A stretch of DNA of 64,000 nt from a virus. A model generated the notes under the pieces. It ran no database searches, had not been told where the DNA came from, and was given only the letters and a program-made list of their open reading frames with translations. The stretch lies in IMG/VR virus record IMGVR_UViG_3300043540_000321, positions 64,001-128,000 of that record, one strand, 5' to 3'. Positions 62,201 through 64,000 of this stretch are shown piece after piece (position 1 is the first letter of the stretch; each line of letters begins with the position of its first letter). Made by a program: the position numbers and the translations under genes.

Positions 62201-63594
62201 ACGGGACATTCAGCCTGCATCTACCTACCGTGGTGGAGCAGGACGGTTCCGATAACCTGTGTTCAAGTGTGACAATGGCGGGCCTGACCGCTCAGCTACT
62301 GTCACTAGCTATCCTGGGCGCAGGTGCTGACGACAAGGTTTTCTGTGCGATCGCTCGTTCTCTGAACGGTGCGATTCGGAAACTTGCCGAAAGTGAAACA
62401 CTGGCGAAAGCGGCCGCCTACGGTCGCGTAGGCGTCAGCGCAAAATGTAAAGCGCTGCCGGGTATTGGTGTGGGTGAAGTTTGGATTAGGTTTAGCATCC
62501 GACACAACTCTGTTTATCAAACCATGAGAAGAGTTATGGGTAAGGACCTTGACGGCCGTAAGGTCCTTATGAGCAGAGCTCCGATGACAAACCCATCTGT
62601 CCTAAAGGTCAGAGTTATTAAACCCATTCATCCGATGGGAGACTACGTTGAAGCCGACTCCATTTATCTGTCCCCTCTAGGGCAGATGTTAAATGGTGGG
62701 GACTTCGATGGAGACCCTATCTATCTGACGGATGCTAATGACTCAAACCTTCCTGTAACAACGTTGAAGACTATCATCGACAACGTTATTGCTAGAACAG
62801 GCAGTGACCAACTCAACCCAGGTGCATCCTACTGGGGCGACCACTTCGAAATTCTTTCTGCTGATGCTGTAGCTGAGAAGCGCACTATTGGCAAGAAGAA
62901 CTTGTCCATGCTCAATGACGATGGCCGGAAGGCTCTGCCTACCATGTTAAAAGGCTCTTCAGTAATGTTCGAGTCCGCCATCAATTGGGCTCACAGGATA
63001 TTCCTGACTTCAGACCTATATCTATCTCTGATATGGGCGCTGCAGGAAGACCTGATGGTCAAGTACCCGGGGTGGAAACCCAATTCATTCACTCAAAACC
63101 GCTCTCTAGTTCTCTTGTTGGCTGAGCTATACGAGATCCCATTAGGGGGACTAGACTGGAATGCTCATGACGCTATCATGGGCGGGTTGGTCCCGATTAT
63201 CCGCGACCTTAAAACTCAGTTCGACGGCGAACAGGTTAATAAGTTCGTGGCTGACTTAGAGGCGGCTGGAATCAAACGTGGTGGAAGAGATATCCATCGC
63301 GCAGCAGTCCAAGCGGCTGAATGTCGCAAGCTGAGCAGTGTCAAAGCGAAAGTACCACTGCCTGCTGTTATTCACGGAACCACTCCAGAAGGTTTTCTCT
63401 GTGCCGTGTCTGAGATGTCTTCGCTCATTAGCAAAGGCGACTTTACTATGACGAGCAAAGTTCACGCAACGATGGCATGTGAGATTGCTGATTGGCTTAC
63501 CAAGCATGACGCAGATGGTAAACTGACCGCGAAAAGCACTGTTCTGATGCAGATCAGACAGTATCTTGACCTGATGGTTGAGGGTGTCAAGTAA
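59266..63594 (+). CDS. single-subunit two-barrel (DPBB) DNA-dependent RNA polymerase, YonO/crAss/P23-45 gp64-like class
   Basis: EIKARNGVKAML (K661/K667, like beta GDK..GRHGNKG); YGRVGVSAKCKALPGIGVGEVWI (beta' region C-like); VLMSRAPM (R1104); IYLSPLGQMLNGGDFDGDPIYL (D1146/1148/1150). Confidence 0.88.
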   Translation: MDTKVLCKNWNVQADPFYAMYKRTGHSLDDVQSLTPAEAVRVVFGDAVGDAIAPDGDIEGSLQNVTLFATWCYMYLRQKVSTVNCPVNLGEEFYLELTSAPFMGADLLCQIGQQLTDDAVIKEARKVMETLIGAGDKYRENLSRLAQAYGLIPSAIRQGLLSACISKLTDRKVLTFAACQNVIEEVVGVAPSNLVYVNPNWIRFGDFLATAQDVAVVLNWLSRAFSDVFEVKSCDDGFNFWVEGTQFHCTSKDGVFHIERNRHINGMLLVNSSTGRHPTEPVDPENLSLVNSYGTVIYALLYGAPGYVNKGKGWDSFVNKVLVKGDEYPLTSEDEVGPADGDRKFHERYVTVTRPQPVDVPFALIRFTDGWFLSTQSVSMKTGYATESENSVRLPQNSSIDKAALWAFNLVRMPSGALIDGRRSCIQLRHTQQPANFAKAMMLNLAGTDDILRAEGYARSIVKVPDGKDTWEHLGEYLIVGLSSKLAKLIKRTASDAAVVAKLEDGQSRGFKRFGQTNESTNNWLVESVVSAHAIWPAGMACYWGDEPQLLVDHTESIQLPFKGDVDETTVSVPYTEYMGEVYLEDGWFKVTMTTPIPIDKGGLAGEVQVCCNGIEYPFAITSKTPDAQLVGVEWQERRGYGDLKTLFVKVRTITVESEIKARNGVKAMLTRYDRRCLSLNNEDIAARAIFFKDTNKWLDLATQICDIAACTAIQNKDPQGLALIHSANAAAGVSHSDYLEWSPVLAMIGVYQPLLNWFESKFGRSIWFKWEDSTCDWTTVLRLMYTKHDSPNEAERAEPVAGWSYVDHDKLDFLPSTASDVLAIADGDFEDEHTNVVVIYRVGGIEYFVQRAYSFAGTSATGPVWQPVKAELSSVRAGVTQSPLMSGVIRAVEGKDLDYATRLAADGLQHVQRASTVTRMARGLGGVQNVVLGTPDAMSVLCTEELQELVTNPLLQGQLVRKLAEQFPDTFFIVPGAYGTFSLHLPTVVEQDGSDNLCSSVTMAGLTAQLLSLAILGAGADDKVFCAIARSLNGAIRKLAESETLAKAAAYGRVGVSAKCKALPGIGVGEVWIRFSIRHNSVYQTMRRVMGKDLDGRKVLMSRAPMTNPSVLKVRVIKPIHPMGDYVEADSIYLSPLGQMLNGGDFDGDPIYLTDANDSNLPVTTLKTIIDNVIARTGSDQLNPGASYWGDHFEILSADAVAEKRTIGKKNLSMLNDDGRKALPTMLKGSSVMFESAINWAHRIFLTSDLYLSLIWALQEDLMVKYPGWKPNSFTQNRSLVLLLAELYEIPLGGLDWNAHDAIMGGLVPIIRDLKTQFDGEQVNKFVADLEAAGIKRGGRDIHRAAVQAAECRKLSSVKAKVPLPAVIHGTTPEGFLCAVSEMSSLISKGDFTMTSKVHATMACEIADWLTKHDADGKLTAKSTVLMQIRQYLDLMVEGVK

Positions 63595-63597
63595 ACG

Positions 63598-63621
63598 AGT
63601 GGGGTGGCCATCCACCCCACT
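63598..63621 (+). terminator. hairpin after the RNAP gene
   Basis: AGTGGGGTGG-CCAT-CCACCCCACT 10-bp stem; weak U-tract. Confidence 0.5.
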
Positions 63622-63640
63622 TAATTCAGAGGACTGAATT

Positions 63641-64000
63641 ATGAACGCTCAAGAGACTGAAGTAACAACAACAACAGATGTGGTGACAACCCGCACATCT
63701 GCGTGGTTTGAAAGTCTTCCCAAAGAAATTCGAGAATGGGAAGACTTTAACTTGCTTAGCCAAGACCAATTTCTCGCCATTCAAACGATCGTGTCTGGCG
63801 ATTACAAGGTCGTTAATTTATTAGGCAGAGCTGGTAGCGGTAAGACCTTCACGGTTAAACTTGCTCGCCGGCTGCTTGAAGCCTTAGGGTTCGAAGTTAG
63901 AGTATGCGGCACCACGGGTGTCGCATCTCAGAATGCAGGTGGTGAGAGTACTCTAAACTCTCTGTTCCGCCTGGGTGTGGGTAATTACCTACCCAAAGGT
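63641..64000 (+). CDS. PIF1/RecD-like SF1B helicase (3'-truncated)
   Basis: Translated by hand: QDQFLAI...VNLLGRAGSGKT...VCGTTGVASQNAGGESTLNSLFRLG (motifs I and Ia of PIF1-like helicases). Confidence 0.85.
   Translation, partial: MNAQETEVTTTTDVVTTRTSAWFESLPKEIREWEDFNLLSQDQFLAIQTIVSGDYKVVNLLGRAGSGKTFTVKLARRLLEALGFEVRVCGTTGVASQNAGGESTLNSLFRLGVGNYLPKG

Larger units (their letters stand above)
2313..62354. repeat. dispersed HIP1 palindromes (GCGATCGC), at least 28 copies
   Basis: Seen at 2313, 2456, 6179, 11044, 13486, 14534, 15264, 15769, 21144, 21753, 25323, 36583, 37183, 39675, 41655, 42334, 43775, 44973, 47312, 48362, 49629, 51379, 51608, 54583, 55180, 57607, 59416, 62347. Confidence 0.9.

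Noticed and set aside
875-63615. The many other short overlapping ORFs in the six-frame track
   Set aside because: They overlap longer, motif-supported genes in other frames or strands and lack RBSs or motifs.
1-64000. tRNA/rRNA genes, integrase, transposases, introns or inteins
   Set aside because: None recognised by eye; coding density leaves little room, but tRNAscan/Infernal were not run, so small RNAs cannot be excluded.

Overview
This 64-kb window is a segment of a large tailed dsDNA phage genome (contractile-tailed, myovirus-like). The host is most likely a HIP1-rich cyanobacterium: I counted at least 28 GCGATCGC palindromes where about 1 is expected by chance. Positions 1-48.5 kb hold a mostly minus-strand morphogenesis region: DUF935/Mu-type portal, Mu-I-type prohead protease/scaffold, lambda-E-type major capsid protein, neck, fibres, sheath, tube, baseplate hub, spike and wedges, and large terminase. 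Five small plus-strand insertions interrupt it. Positions 48.5-55.5 kb are plus-strand: PAAR spike tip, dNMP kinase, a lysozyme-like protein, an active and a degenerate VanX-type D-Ala-D-Ala dipeptidase, and a site-2 (M50) protease. Positions 55.8-64 kb look like an early region, with repeated hairpin modules, a 1442-aa single-chain two-barrel RNA polymerase and the start of a PIF1/RecD-like helicase. The most striking result is two highly diverged single-polypeptide double-psi-beta-barrel (DPBB) RNA polymerases. One is the 1442-aa early-region enzyme (DFDGD). The other is a 3395-aa protein in the virion region (GDYDGD), fused to N-terminal tandem PLD (HxK...GSxN) domains and encoded next to a tail-assembly chaperone pair with a lambda-type GGGAAAG -1 frameshift. 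A second gene with tandem PLD domains runs off the left edge. All assignments come from motif reading by eye; no searches were run.
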